Shown here in pieces: positions 42,433 to 53,407 of a DNA stretch of 64,000 bases. The stretch is from Candidatus Dormiibacterota bacterium (GTDB taxonomy: Bacteria > Chloroflexota > Dormibacteria > Aeolococcales > Aeolococcaceae), in the NCBI GenBank assembly GCA_963833055.1, contig CAWHWM010000004.1:324006-388005 (forward strand). The letters run 5' to 3'. Within the stretch, counting starts at the first letter, position 1. Each line of letters begins with the position of its first letter. The notes beneath the pieces are model-generated. The model was not told where the DNA came from. It saw only the letters and a list, made by a program, of their open reading frames with translations, and ran no database searches. Position numbers and translations under genes: made by a program.

Positions 42433-44202
42433 ATCCGCGTCGCCGTACGCCAGGCTCGGCGCGCACGGCTCACGCGCATGCATTCGCTCCCGAGCACGAC
42501 CTCCGCCGCCGCGGGCTCTGGCTCGTGCTGATCTTCCTCGCGATGGCGACGGCGGTGTTCGGCCGCCTGGTGCAGATCCAGGTGATCCAGGGCAAGACGC
42601 TCGCGGCAGAAGCGGCCGCGTCGCACACGACGTCGATCACGCTGCACGCAACGCGCGGCGTGATCCTCGACCGTGAGGGACGCGTCCTGGTGAGCAATGT
42701 GCAGGTCTTCGATGTGTTCGCGGATCCCGCGTTGATCGCCACGACGGATCGCCAGCAGGTCGCCGGCATGCTCGCGCCGATTCTGCAAGTGAGCTCGACG
42801 CAGGTCCTCAAGGCGCTGAATCAGCCCAATCAGTTCGACTACCTCGCCAAGGGCGTGTCCCAGGACGTGGATGACAAGCTCCAGGCACTCGGGTTGAGCG
42901 GCATCGGCACCATCCCGTCCGAGGAGAGCATCTACAACTCGTCGCCCGTCCCCGGCATCTCGTTCGCCTCGAACCTGCTCGGTTTCGTCAACGCCAACGG
43001 CGTGGGCCAGTACGGGGTGGAGGGGTACTACAACAGCATCCTCTCCGGGGTGAACGGGCACGAGTCCACGCTCACCGATGTCAACGGCAACGCCATCGTG
43101 CTCGGCCAGCAGAAGATGGTTCCTGCCAGGAATGGCGATAATCTGGAGCTCGGGCTCGACTCCCAGATCCAGTACGGTGCCGAGCTGGCGCTTGCCAACG
43201 GCGTCAACTCCTCGCACTCGGTGTCCGGGACATTGATGATCATGGATACCAAGACCGGCGCCATCGACGCGTGGGCGCAGTATCCGTCGTACAACGCCAA
43301 CGACTACACAAGCGCGGATATCGCCGACTTCCGCGATCTCGCCGTGACCCAGCCCTATGAGCCCGGGTCGATCATGAAGGTGATCACGTTCGCGGGTGGC
43401 CTCAACAACAACGCGTTCACCCCGCAGACCGTCATCGATGAGAAACAGCAACGCATCGACGGCTTCCTCATCCACGACTGGGATCGGAAGTCACACGGCG
43501 ACGTGACGATGCAGTGGGTGCTCGACAACTCGCTCAACAACGGCGCCATCGACGCGATGAAGATGGAGGGCGAGAGCGCCTTCTACAACAACCTGCTGGC
43601 ATTCGGGATCGGGGCGCCAACCGGGTGTCGACCTCGCCGGCGAGGTGAATGATCCGCTCGCGCCGGAGTCGAACTGGAACCTGCTCAAGTACGCCGAGGC
43701 CTCGTTCGGTCAAGGCCTTGTCACGACACCGGTGGAGATGCTCGCCGCGGTGAACGCCGTGGCGAACGGAGGTGTCTGGGTGCAGCCGCACGCGGTCGAC
43801 GCGATCATCAACCCCAACACCGGCAAGACCACGCAGGTCGTGCCGGCGACCCGCCGCGTCATGTCGGCCACCGCTGCGGCTACCCTCGCGAAGATGATGG
43901 TGGGCGTGGTGAACGATCCCGGCGCGGAAGGGAAGCGGGCCAAGATCCCCGGGTACAGCATGGAGATCGCGGGGAAGACGGGCACCGCCCAGGTGGCGCT
44001 GCCCAACGGTGGAGGCTACGGCCCGAACGTTGTGGCGTCATTCGTCGGCTTCATGCCGTCCACGGACCCGCAGTTCACGATGATGGTCATCCTGAACAAC
44101 CCGCAGGTCGTGGCCGAGAACCGCTTCGGTTCGATCCTGGCCGCGCCGATCTGGAAGCAGGTGGCCGAGATGATGATCGACGACTGGCGCATCGAGCCGT
44201 GA
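42429..44202 (+). CDS. ftsI: Class B penicillin-binding protein (frameshift near 43625)
   Basis: RGVILDREG, EPGSIMK (SxxK), SLN (SxN), KTGTAQ. Confidence 0.92.
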
Positions 44203-45158
44203 GAGAGACGATCGTCGTCGGCGTGCTCGCGTTTGTCGCCGGTGTCGTCCTCTATCCGGCGTTCATCGGCCTGCTCGTCCGTCTCGGCGCTCGTCAGCAC
44301 GTCGCCTCGTACAGCCCGGCGAGCCACCGCGCCAAGGAGGGAACGCCCACGCTGGGCGGAGCGCTCTTCTGTCTCGTCGTGATCATCGCCTGGCTCGCGG
44401 TGGATCGTTCGCGTGCGGGCTTCGTCGTCGTGTTTGCGCTGCTCGCCGGCGCGATCGCGGGCGGCCTCGACGACATCGTGAACATCAGCGACGTCAAGCG
44501 TCTCGGGTTGACGGTGTGGCAGAAGCTGAGCCTGCAGGGCGTCACGGGAGTGCTCGTCGGGATCGGCCTCAGCATTGCCGGCTTCACCCATCAGTTCTTT
44601 CCCGGGCTCGGCGCACCGAACCTCGGCTGGGGCATCGCGGTTGTGGCGGCAATCGCCGTGGTGGCGACGAGCAACGCCGTGAATCTGACGGACGGCGTGG
44701 ACGGTCTCGCCGCGTCGTGCACCGGGCTCGTGCTCATCGGCATCGCGATCATCGCGGTCACGCGCAACGACCTCTCGGTCGCGGTCCTCGCCGTTGCGCT
44801 GGCGGGCGCCGTCGGCGCGTTCCTGCTCTTCAACTGGTTTCCCGCGCGCGTCTTCATGGGAGACGCCGGGTCACTCGCGCTCGGCTGCGCGATCGTGGCG
44901 CTCACCGCGGAGTTGCATCTCATCTGGTTCCTCCCGGTGCTCGGCATCGTCTTCGTGGTCGAGGCGGCGAGCGTTGTCATCAACGTCACCGCCATCAAAC
45001 GGTTCGGGACACGCGTGTTCCGCGCGAGCCCGATCCACCATCACTTCGAGGAGATCGGGCTCCGCGAACGGCGGCTCGTCGCCGCATTCGCCGCGGCGGC
45101 CGCCGTCGGTGCGGCCATCACCGTCCTCTTCGCGCACGTGGCCGGACCGGTCTCGTGA
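44199..45158 (+). CDS. mraY: Phospho-MurNAc-pentapeptide transferase
   Basis: KEGTPTLGG, NAVNLTDGVDGLA, FMGDAGS, PIHHHFE. Confidence 0.96.
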   Translation: MRETIVVGVLAFVAGVVLYPAFIGLLVRLGARQHVASYSPASHRAKEGTPTLGGALFCLVVIIAWLAVDRSRAGFVVVFALLAGAIAGGLDDIVNISDVKRLGLTVWQKLSLQGVTGVLVGIGLSIAGFTHQFFPGLGAPNLGWGIAVVAAIAVVATSNAVNLTDGVDGLAASCTGLVLIGIAIIAVTRNDLSVAVLAVALAGAVGAFLLFNWFPARVFMGDAGSLALGCAIVALTAELHLIWFLPVLGIVFVVEAASVVINVTAIKRFGTRVFRASPIHHHFEEIGLRERRLVAAFAAAAAVGAAITVLFAHVAGPVS

Positions 45159-46520
45159 GCGAGAAGCCGGTGGTGGTGATTGGAGCGGGCCGCAGTGGCC
45201 TTGCGTGCGCATCGACCCTCGCCCGTGAGGGACACCACGTCGTGCTGGTGGATCGCGCCGACACGCTGGCCATTCGGGAACGCACGGCGATCCTGCCCGC
45301 GAAGATTGACGTGCGTCTCGGCGGCTACCCCGATGACATCGCCGCTGACGCGCTCATGGTCTGCCCGAGCCCGGGCGTCCCCTGGAACTCGCCCGAGCTC
45401 GAGATCGCGCGTGCGCACGGCGTCCCGGTGCGCAGCGAGATGGATCTCGTCTTCGAGCGCTGCCGCGCACGGATCTGCGGCATCACGGGAACCAACGGCA
45501 AGACAACCACCACGGCGCTGGTCGCCGCCATCCTCGAGCGTGCCGGGGAGCGGGTGCACCTCGGCGGGAATATCGGCGTCACGATGCTCGACCGTCTCGA
45601 CCGAGTCGGCGACAGCGACTGGGTGGTCCTCGAGCTGTCCTCCTTCCAGATCGAGTCGGTGCCGGAGCCGCGCTGCGCGATCGCGTGTGTCCTCAACGTG
45701 ACCCCGGATCATCTCGACCGCCACGGTGATTTCGCCACCTACGCGGAGACCAAGCGGCGCCTCATCCGCTTCGCGCTCGACGACGCGGTCATCGGCTTCG
45801 ACGACCCCATCACCCGCGCGATGGCGACCGTCGCCACCTGTCGCGTGCACGAGTTCGGCCTCGACGCGGGGATCACCGACGGGGCGACCCGGAGCGGTGA
45901 CGACGTGGTCATCGCCGAAGCGGGACTGCGCACACCGGTGCTGCCTGTGGCCGACATCCCGCTGTTCGGGGTGCACAACCTGCAGAACGTTCTCGCCGCG
46001 GTGGCGATCGCTCGTGCCGCCGGCGTCGAGGTCTCGCCGATCGCCGGAGCCGTGCGCGACTTCCATGCCGTTCCGCATCGCCTCGCAGACGGTTCGCGAC
46101 GAGGGCGGCGTGCTGTGGGTGAACGACAGCAAGGCGACCAACGTCGAATCGGCAATTGCGGCCCTCCGCTCGTTCCCGGACCGGACGATCGTCTGGATCG
46201 GCGGTGGCAAGGGCGCGGGAACGTCCATCGAGCCGCTCGCCGACGAGGTCGCCGCCAGGGCGCGCTCTGTCGTGCTCAACGGGGCCAGCGCAGGCGAGCT
46301 TGATGATGCACTGGCACAGCGCGGGTTCGAGGCCCGGACAGTTGTGCCCACGCTGGACGACGCCGTGGTCGCGGCTGCTGCGCTCGCGCAACCGGGGGAC
46401 GTGGTGCTCCTGGCGCCCGGGTACAAGAGCTTCGATCAGTTTCGTGACTTCGAGGACAGAGGCCGCGCCTTTGGCGAGGCCGTCAGCCGGCTCGCCCCGC
46501 AACCCGTGAGCAACGGCTGA
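45155..46520 (+). CDS. murD: UDP-MurNAc-L-Ala:D-Glu ligase (frameshift near 46087)
   Basis: SPGV, GTNGKTTT, ELSSFQ, DHLDRH, NDSKATN, SFDQFRDFEDRG. Confidence 0.95.
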
Positions 46521-47815
46521 TGGCAACCCAGACCGGGAAGCTCACCGGCGGACTCGCGGGCAAATGGCGCTGGCGCGGCGGATCCCGGGTGTTCGGGGCA
46601 TTCGCGTCCGCCGATCGTGCCGCTGCTGCGGCCGGTGTCGACGGCTGGCTGATGATCATCGTCGTCGGCCTGGTCGGGTTCGGGCTGGTGATGGTCTACA
46701 GCGCCTCGGAAGCGCTGGGATTCCTCTGGTACAACGACCCCAACTACTTCTTCGCCCACCAGCTGATCGGTGCGGCGCTCGGCGGTGCCGGCCTCGTGGT
46801 GGCCGCCCGGGTCGATTACCACCAACTCACCAGGCTCGCCCGTCCGGCGATGGCGGTGGTGCTCGTTCTGCTCGTCGTGGTGCTGATCCCCCACGTGGGC
46901 GTCCAGCACTTCGGCGCACAACGCTGGTTCCAGTTCGGTCCGGTGTCGGTGCAGCCGTCGGCGATCGCAGTCGGGGTCGCGATCGTCTTCTTCTCGCGCT
47001 GGCTCACGGACCGCGAGGGCTCGGTGCGCAGCCTCCGTGGCGTCCGCGACTACGTCATCGTGCTGGCCGCACTGCTGGCGCTGGTGCTTGCGGAGCGCGA
47101 CTTCGGCAGCTCGATCGTCATCGCCGCGACGGCCTTCATCCTGCTGGCGCTGGCCGGAGCGCGCAAACGCCACCTCCTCCTGATCGTCGTCGGCTTCGGC
47201 GCGACCGCCGCGGCGCTGGTTGGGCTGGTGGCATACCGGGCGGACCGCCTCGCGCACTTCCTCAACCCCTGCGCAGCGGCGCTCGGCTCGGGATTCCAGA
47301 ACTGCCAGGCCCTCTACGCCTTCGGCTCCGGCGGCATCTTCGGGGTCGGGCTCGGCAACTCGGTGCAGAAATACGAGTGGCTGCCCGAGGCCCACACGGA
47401 CTTCATCTTCGCGATCATCGGGGAGGAGCTCGGGCTGATCGGAACTGTCTCGGTGCTCGCGGCGTTCCTGTTCCTTGCGTGGCGCGGAGTGCGCGCCTCG
47501 CTCCGGGCGCCCGACCGATTCGGCGCCCTGCTCGCGGGAGGCATCACGTCGTGGATCTGCATGCAGGCGTTCATCAACGTCATGGCGGTGACGGGCGTCA
47601 TCCCCACCACGGGCATCCCGCTGCCCTTCATCAGCTACGGTGGCACCTCGCTGGCGACCACCCTCGTGGGCATGGGCATTCTGCTCAACATCTCCGCCCA
47701 GGGTCGACGGCAAGGGACGACGAATCGTGCGCACGCTGATCGCCGGGGGGGGAACTGGGGGCCACCTGACCCCGGCACTCGCGGTCGCGCTCGCGCTCCG
47801 AAGCAACCGGCCTGA
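46520..47815 (+). CDS. ftsW: SEDS peptidoglycan polymerase
   Basis: MVYSAS, GAQRWF, PEAHTDFIFAIIGEELG, GIPLPFISYGG. Confidence 0.95.
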   Translation: MATQTGKLTGGLAGKWRWRGGSRVFGAFASADRAAAAAGVDGWLMIIVVGLVGFGLVMVYSASEALGFLWYNDPNYFFAHQLIGAALGGAGLVVAARVDYHQLTRLARPAMAVVLVLLVVVLIPHVGVQHFGAQRWFQFGPVSVQPSAIAVGVAIVFFSRWLTDREGSVRSLRGVRDYVIVLAALLALVLAERDFGSSIVIAATAFILLALAGARKRHLLLIVVGFGATAAALVGLVAYRADRLAHFLNPCAAALGSGFQNCQALYAFGSGGIFGVGLGNSVQKYEWLPEAHTDFIFAIIGEELGLIGTVSVLAAFLFLAWRGVRASLRAPDRFGALLAGGITSWICMQAFINVMAVTGVIPTTGIPLPFISYGGTSLATTLVGMGILLNISAQGRRQGTTNRAHADRRGGNWGPPDPGTRGRARAPKQPA

Positions 47816-48831
47816 GGACGAGGTGGCCGTGGTCGGCCGCCGGGACGGCGTCGCGGAGCGGCTCGTGGTCGCGGCCGGGCTCCGCCTCGAGACGCTCGAC
47901 ATCAGTGGTGTCGACGTGGGCAGCGCCGGTGGTGTCGCACGGGCGACCACGCAATTGACGCGAGCCACCATCGCCGCCCGGCGGCTGCTCCGGACGATGC
48001 GCCCCGACGTCGTGGTGGGTGCGGGTGGCTACGTGTCGGTGCCGGTGGTCGTCGCGGCGCTCGCGCAGCGGATCCCCGTGGTACTCCTCGAGCAGAACGC
48101 CGTGCCCGGGCGGGCCACGCGGATGCTGGCCCGGCGCGCCCGCGTCGTTGCCGCCTCATTTGCGGAGACCGCTGCACATCTGCCGCATGCGCGAGTCGTG
48201 CACACGGGGAATCCGATTCGTGCCGAGGTGCGAGCTGTGACCACGCGCCCGATCGGCGACCGGCTGCGCGCGATCCTGGTCACCGGCGGGTCGCAGGGTG
48301 CGCGGCGGCTGAACCGTGCCGTCGCCGGGTGCATGGTCGAGCTGCTCAGCAACGACCCTGAGCTCACCATCGTCCATCAATGCGGCAGCCTCGATTTCGA
48401 GGCCGTGCAGCGAGCCGCCGAAGCGCTCCCGCCCACTCTCGCCGCGCGCTACACCGTGAGCGCGTTCTTCGACGACATGGCGGTGCGGATCGCGTCGAGC
48501 GACCTCGTGGTGATGCGCGCGGGCGGGTCGTCAATCGCGGAGTGCTCGGCGCTCGGACGGCCGATGATCGTGGTCCCGTATCCGCATGCCGGTGGCCATC
48601 AGCGGCACAACGCAGCGCCGTATGTCGCCGCGGGCGCCGCGATGTTGATCGACGATGAGGAGTGCACACCCGAGCGGCTTGGGTGCGGAGATCAGTGCGC
48701 TGGTCGCCGACCCTTCGCGCTGGCGCGCGATGGCTGCATCGAGCGCGGCGCTCGGCCTCCCGGGCGCGACTGACACGGTGGTCCGGCTCATCGTCGAGGC
48801 TGCGGGACCCACACGGAGCAAAGCGGCCTGA
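47727..48831 (+). CDS. murG: Lipid II GlcNAc transferase (frameshift near 48683)
   Basis: GGGTGGH, GGYVS, EQN, GGSQGA, RAGGS, HQRHNA. Confidence 0.95.
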
Positions 48832-48833
48832 GC

Positions 48834-50234
48834 ATGCACGTGCACGTTCTCGGGATCTGCGGCTACGCCACATTCGGCGCTGCGAACCTCGCACAGGCGC
48901 GCGGCGACCGGGTGACCGGCTCTGATGATCACGCGTATCCGCCGATGAGCGACGCGGTGACTGCCGCGGGCATCGAGTGGGAGAACCAGAGCGATCCGGA
49001 GAATCTCGATCGGTGGGGAGTCCCGGACCTGGTGGTGGTGGGCAATCAGACGCGGCCGGCGAACCTGGAGCTCGAAGCGGTGCGGCGGCGCGGCATCCCG
49101 TGTCTGAGCGAGATCGAGTTCTACGTGATGCTCGCCGGCGACCGGCCACGCCTCACCGTCTGCGGCACCCACGGCAAGACCACCACATCAGCGTTGCTGG
49201 TCCACATCCTCGAGCGCGCGGGCATGGATCCCGGATTCCGCCTGGGTTCGACCTCGCTCGATCTCGGTGGCACCTCGCGGCTCGGCACCGGACCCTTCGT
49301 GTTCGAGGGTGACGAGTACACCTCGGCGCCGTGGGATCCGCGTCCGAAATTCCTGCACACGATGCCGAACGGTGCGTGCGTCACACGCCTCGAGCTGGAC
49401 CATCCCGACGTGTATGCGACTCTCGATGCGTATCGCGAGCCCTTTCTCGAGCTGGCATCGACGATGCCGCGCGATGGAGTGCTCGCGCTCTGTGCCGACG
49501 ATCCCGAATGCCTCGCGCTTCGCGAAGCCGCCTCCAGTGTTGCCGTCACATATGGCACGAACGCGGGGAGCGACTGGCTGATCCTGGACCCGCGCGAGCA
49601 GGACGGCATGCAGCGGTTTCGCGTGCAGCGCGAGGGGCAGGAGCCGCTCGACGTCCAGCTGACGTTTCCGGGGATCCACAACGCGCAGAACGCCTGCGCG
49701 GCGCTCATCCTCGCGGAGTTCGCCGGCGTCGACCAGGCGATCGCTGTGGGGGCGTGCGCGGACTTCCTCGGCCCGGCGCGCCGCTTTCAAATCCTCGGTG
49801 AGGTGGGCGGCGTGGCGGTCGTCGACGACTACGCCCACCACCCGACTGAGGTGGCGGCCGCGATCGATGCCGCGCGCCAGCGCTACCCGGACCGCCGGCT
49901 GATCGCCATTCACACGCCCCACACGTACTCCCGCGTCAGCCGGCTCCTCGAGGACTACCGGCGCAGCTTCGTCGGCGCCGACATCGTGATCATCGGACCG
50001 ATCGAGGAGGCGCGCGAGCGCGGCATGCCCAGGACCGTGTCGAGTCAGGACGTCGCCGATCGCGCAGGACCTGAGCACGCGGTGCATGTGGTGGACTCCA
50101 GCGACGACGCCATCGACCTGGTGATGCGCATCACACGCCCGGGTGACGTGCTCCTGGTGCTCTCCCTCGGCGGATTCGACAAGCTGGCGCCGCGCCTCCG
50201 CGATGCCCTGGAGGCACAGGGTGTCCGCCGGTGA
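48834..50234 (+). CDS. MurC/Mpl family UDP-MurNAc ligase (Mpl-like N-terminal half, murC position)
   Basis: LGICG, YPPMS, GTHGKTTT, EGDEY..A..D.R.KF.H, DDYAHHPTEV, HTYSR. Confidence 0.85.
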   Translation: MHVHVLGICGYATFGAANLAQARGDRVTGSDDHAYPPMSDAVTAAGIEWENQSDPENLDRWGVPDLVVVGNQTRPANLELEAVRRRGIPCLSEIEFYVMLAGDRPRLTVCGTHGKTTTSALLVHILERAGMDPGFRLGSTSLDLGGTSRLGTGPFVFEGDEYTSAPWDPRPKFLHTMPNGACVTRLELDHPDVYATLDAYREPFLELASTMPRDGVLALCADDPECLALREAASSVAVTYGTNAGSDWLILDPREQDGMQRFRVQREGQEPLDVQLTFPGIHNAQNACAALILAEFAGVDQAIAVGACADFLGPARRFQILGEVGGVAVVDDYAHHPTEVAAAIDAARQRYPDRRLIAIHTPHTYSRVSRLLEDYRRSFVGADIVIIGPIEEARERGMPRTVSSQDVADRAGPEHAVHVVDSSDDAIDLVMRITRPGDVLLVLSLGGFDKLAPRLRDALEAQGVRR

Positions 50235-51141
50235 CTGGCTCGACAGCTTTCCCGGCGTGCTTCGTGATGAGCCGCTTGCGCGTCATAGCCAGTTCGGCGT
50301 CGGCGGACCTGCGCGCTGGTTCATCACCACTCGCGATGTCATCGTCCTCGGTGAGCTGCTGCGCCGGTGTGATGAGTCGGGTGTCGCCGTGACCATGCTC
50401 GGCGCCGGCAGCAACACGCTCATCAGCGATGCGGGGATCGATGGATTGGTGATCCGCCACAACGATCGCCGGCTCCGAGTGGTCGATGCGAACACCATCG
50501 AGCTGGGCGCGGGCTGCATGATGCCGCGCGTGGCACTGGACTGCGCGACACGCGGGCTCGCAGGTGTCGAGTTCGGCATCGGCGTGCCGGGCACCTGCGG
50601 TGCGAGTGTGTACGGCAATGCCGGCGCGTTCGGGTCCGAGATGGCGGACGTGCTCGTCGACTGCACGTCGCTGGATCGGACGGGCAGTGCGATAACGCTT
50701 GATGCAGATGCGTGCGACTTCCACTACCGGTACTCGCGCTTCAAGGATGATCTGCGCGGCAACGTCATCGTGAGTGCGCGGCTCCACGTGCATGCCGATG
50801 AGCCGTCGGCGGTTCGCGAACGCACCGACGCGATACAGGCCGAGCGCAAGGCATCGCAGCCATACGGCATCCGCAGCCTCGGCAGCGTCTTCAAGAACCC
50901 GCCGGACGACAAAGCGGGGCGCCTCATCGAGGCGGCGGGGCTCAAGGGACGCCGCTCAGGCGGCGCGCAGATCTCCCCGAAGCATGCCAACTTCATCGTC
51001 AACGTCGACCACGCGACTGCGGCGGACGTCCTCGCACTGGTCCACACCGCGCACGATTCGGTGGAGGCGCAGTTCGGAGTCGACCTCGAGCAGGAGATCA
51101 TCTTTCTCGGCACGACGCCACCCGGTCAGCATCGTGGCTGA
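50221..51141 (+). CDS. murB: UDP-N-acetylenolpyruvoylglucosamine reductase
   Basis: GGPA, GAGSN, GVPGTCGA..GNAGA, GSVFKNP, KHANFIVN. Confidence 0.95.
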   Translation: MSAGDWLDSFPGVLRDEPLARHSQFGVGGPARWFITTRDVIVLGELLRRCDESGVAVTMLGAGSNTLISDAGIDGLVIRHNDRRLRVVDANTIELGAGCMMPRVALDCATRGLAGVEFGIGVPGTCGASVYGNAGAFGSEMADVLVDCTSLDRTGSAITLDADACDFHYRYSRFKDDLRGNVIVSARLHVHADEPSAVRERTDAIQAERKASQPYGIRSLGSVFKNPPDDKAGRLIEAAGLKGRRSGGAQISPKHANFIVNVDHATAADVLALVHTAHDSVEAQFGVDLEQEIIFLGTTPPGQHRG

Positions 51142-51295
51142 GCAGCTCAGAGTGCCGGTGTTCTTCGTCCTCGGCACGACACCACCCGGTGAGCATCGTG
51201 GCTGAGCAGCTCAGAGTGCCGGTGTTCTTCGTCCTCGGCACTACACCACCCGGTGAGCATCGTGGCTGAGCAGCTCAGGATCGGCGTGTTCTTCG
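51106..51295. repeat. Three tandem copies of a 64-bp unit spanning the murB stop / ddl start
   Basis: CTCGGCAC..CACCCGGT.AGCATCGTGGCTGAGCAGCTCAG starts at 51106, 51170 and 51234. Confidence 0.95.
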
Positions 51296-52456
51296 GGAGC
51301 CGCTCGGTGGAGCACGAGGTATCGGTCATCACCGCGCAGCAGGCAATAGCGGCGATGCCTGCGGACCGTTTCGTCCCGGTTCCCGTGTACATCGCGAAGT
51401 CAGGCGCCTGGTACACCGGCGACCAGCTGCTGCAACTCGAGCGCTTCAAGGACATCGACCGGCTCATCGCCGCATCGACACGCGTGACGATGCGCCCGGA
51501 TCCGACCGGCGGGGGAGAGCTGACCGAGGTTGATGCGCGGCGCGGTCTTGCTCGGCGGTTCCGCTCGCTCCGTCGCGCGCTTTGACGTCGCGATGCCGCT
51601 GGTGCACGGCTCCAACGGCGAGGACGGCACGCTGCAGGGTCTCTTCGAGCTGGCCGCGCTGCCGTACTGCGGATGCGACGTCGCGTCTGCCGCGCTGAGC
51701 ATGGACAAGCGGCTGTCGCGCACCACACTTCGCGGCGCCGGAATCCCCGTGCTCGACGACGTGATGATGTCGCGCTCCCGCTGGCTTGCCAACCCGGACG
51801 CAGTCTGCAGCGAGCTCGCGGATGTTCCGGGTTTCCCGATGTACGTGAAGCCGCGCCGTCTGGGTTCGAGCATCGGTGTTGCGCGCGTCGAGACTCCCGA
51901 GCAGCTGCGCGATGCGCTCGACGTCGCGTTCCGCTACGACACGTCGATCCTGGCGGAGCCCGCGCAGGACAGCAGTATCGAGGTGAACTGCTCCGTGCTC
52001 GGATGGGGTGACGACGTCCAGGCCTCGGTGTGCGAGCAACCCGTGAGCACCGGCACCCTCAGCTATGCGGATAAATATCTCAGTGGTGCAAAGACGAAAG
52101 GCGGCGCGAAGGCACCGGCCGGCGGGATGAAGAGCTCGCAACGGCTCATCCCGGCGCCGATTTCAGAGTCGTTGACGTCGCGCATCCAGGAAACGGCCAT
52201 GGCGGCGTTTCGCGCCATCGGGGCGGCGGGCGTCACGCGCGTGGATTTCCTGGTCTCGCCGGAGAGCGACTCGTTTGTCGTCAATGAGCTCAACACCCTG
52301 CCCGGATCGCTCTCGTTCTATCTCTGGGAGGCGTCCGGGCTGCGCTTCGAAGCGCTGCTCACGAAACTCGTTGACATGGCGATGGCGCGGCACCGCGAGC
52401 AACAGGCAACCACGTCGTCGATCGACACCTGGTTGCTCACCGGTCGGCCGGGCTGA
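51262..52456 (+). CDS. ddl: D-alanine--D-alanine ligase (frameshift near 51575)
   Basis: FGSRSVEHEVS, HGSNGEDG, MDK, KPRRLGSSIG, SYADKY, NELNTLPGS. Confidence 0.93.
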
Positions 52457-52464
52457 ACGGCGAC

Positions 52465-53271
52465 TTGAGTGGGGATCGAGCGTCTGTGGCCGGGGCGACG
52501 GGCGAGATCCCGCGCGCTGCTTTCGAGGAGCGCGGTGACGGACGCCCGTTGCTGCTGCTCCACGGCTGGGGTGTGTCGTCCGAACTGTTCACGCCGATTC
52601 TCGACGCGCTGCAAGCGGGACGCCGGCTGATCGTCCCCGACCTCCCGGGCTTCGGCGCAACCCCGGAGCCGCCCACGCCGTGGTCGGTCCACGAGTACGC
52701 GGCGTGGTGCATCGCGCTGTTGGATCGGCTCGGTATCGATAGATGTGACCTGATCGGCCACTCGAACGGCGGCCGCATCGGCATCGTGATTGCAGCAACG
52801 TATCCCGGCCGCATCGAGCGGATGGTGCTCGCGGGGAGCGCCGGCATCCGGCCTCGCCAGACGCTGCGCGGCTTTGCGCGCGTTCGCTCCTACAAGGCGC
52901 TGCGCATGATCGAGCGGTCCGGGGCCTTGCCCGCAGGCGTGCGTGACGCTGCGCGGCGCCGCGCCGACCTTCGCGGCTCGGCCGACTACCGCGCGGTCTC
53001 CGGAGTCATGCGGGGCACGCTCGTCCGCATCGTCAACGAGGATCTGCGCGCGATGCTGCCGAATCTCCACCTTCCCGTTCTGCTCATCTGGGGCGACCAG
53101 GACACGGAGACGCCAATCGCTGACGGCCAGTTGATGGAGCGCCTGATTCCCGATGCGGGGCTGGTCGTTTTCGAAGGGGCCGGCCACTACGCGTATCTGG
53201 AACAGGCAGCCCGCTTTTGCAGGATCGTCGAGGTGTTCCTGCGCGACGATCCCGCGGAGAAGACGCAGTGA
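52465..53271 (+). CDS. Alpha/beta hydrolase embedded in dcw cluster
   Basis: LHGWG, DLPGFG, GHSNGG, WGDQD..TP, GHY. Confidence 0.88.
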   Translation: MSGDRASVAGATGEIPRAAFEERGDGRPLLLLHGWGVSSELFTPILDALQAGRRLIVPDLPGFGATPEPPTPWSVHEYAAWCIALLDRLGIDRCDLIGHSNGGRIGIVIAATYPGRIERMVLAGSAGIRPRQTLRGFARVRSYKALRMIERSGALPAGVRDAARRRADLRGSADYRAVSGVMRGTLVRIVNEDLRAMLPNLHLPVLLIWGDQDTETPIADGQLMERLIPDAGLVVFEGAGHYAYLEQAARFCRIVEVFLRDDPAEKTQ

Positions 53272-53407
53272 CCCCGCGCCGTTGTGCCGGAGCATCACCG
53301 CCTGTGACCCTGCTCCGCGCCGTGCCGGAGCACCTGCGGTGACCACGCGCCGCGCTCTCGCAACGCCCACCTCAACCCCGCGCCGCGCAGTCCCGGGACC
53401 AACCGCG

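Noticed and set aside
51106-51295. 64-bp repeats as a CRISPR array
   Set aside because: No unique spacers and no cas genes; the unit derives from the murB/ddl coding junction
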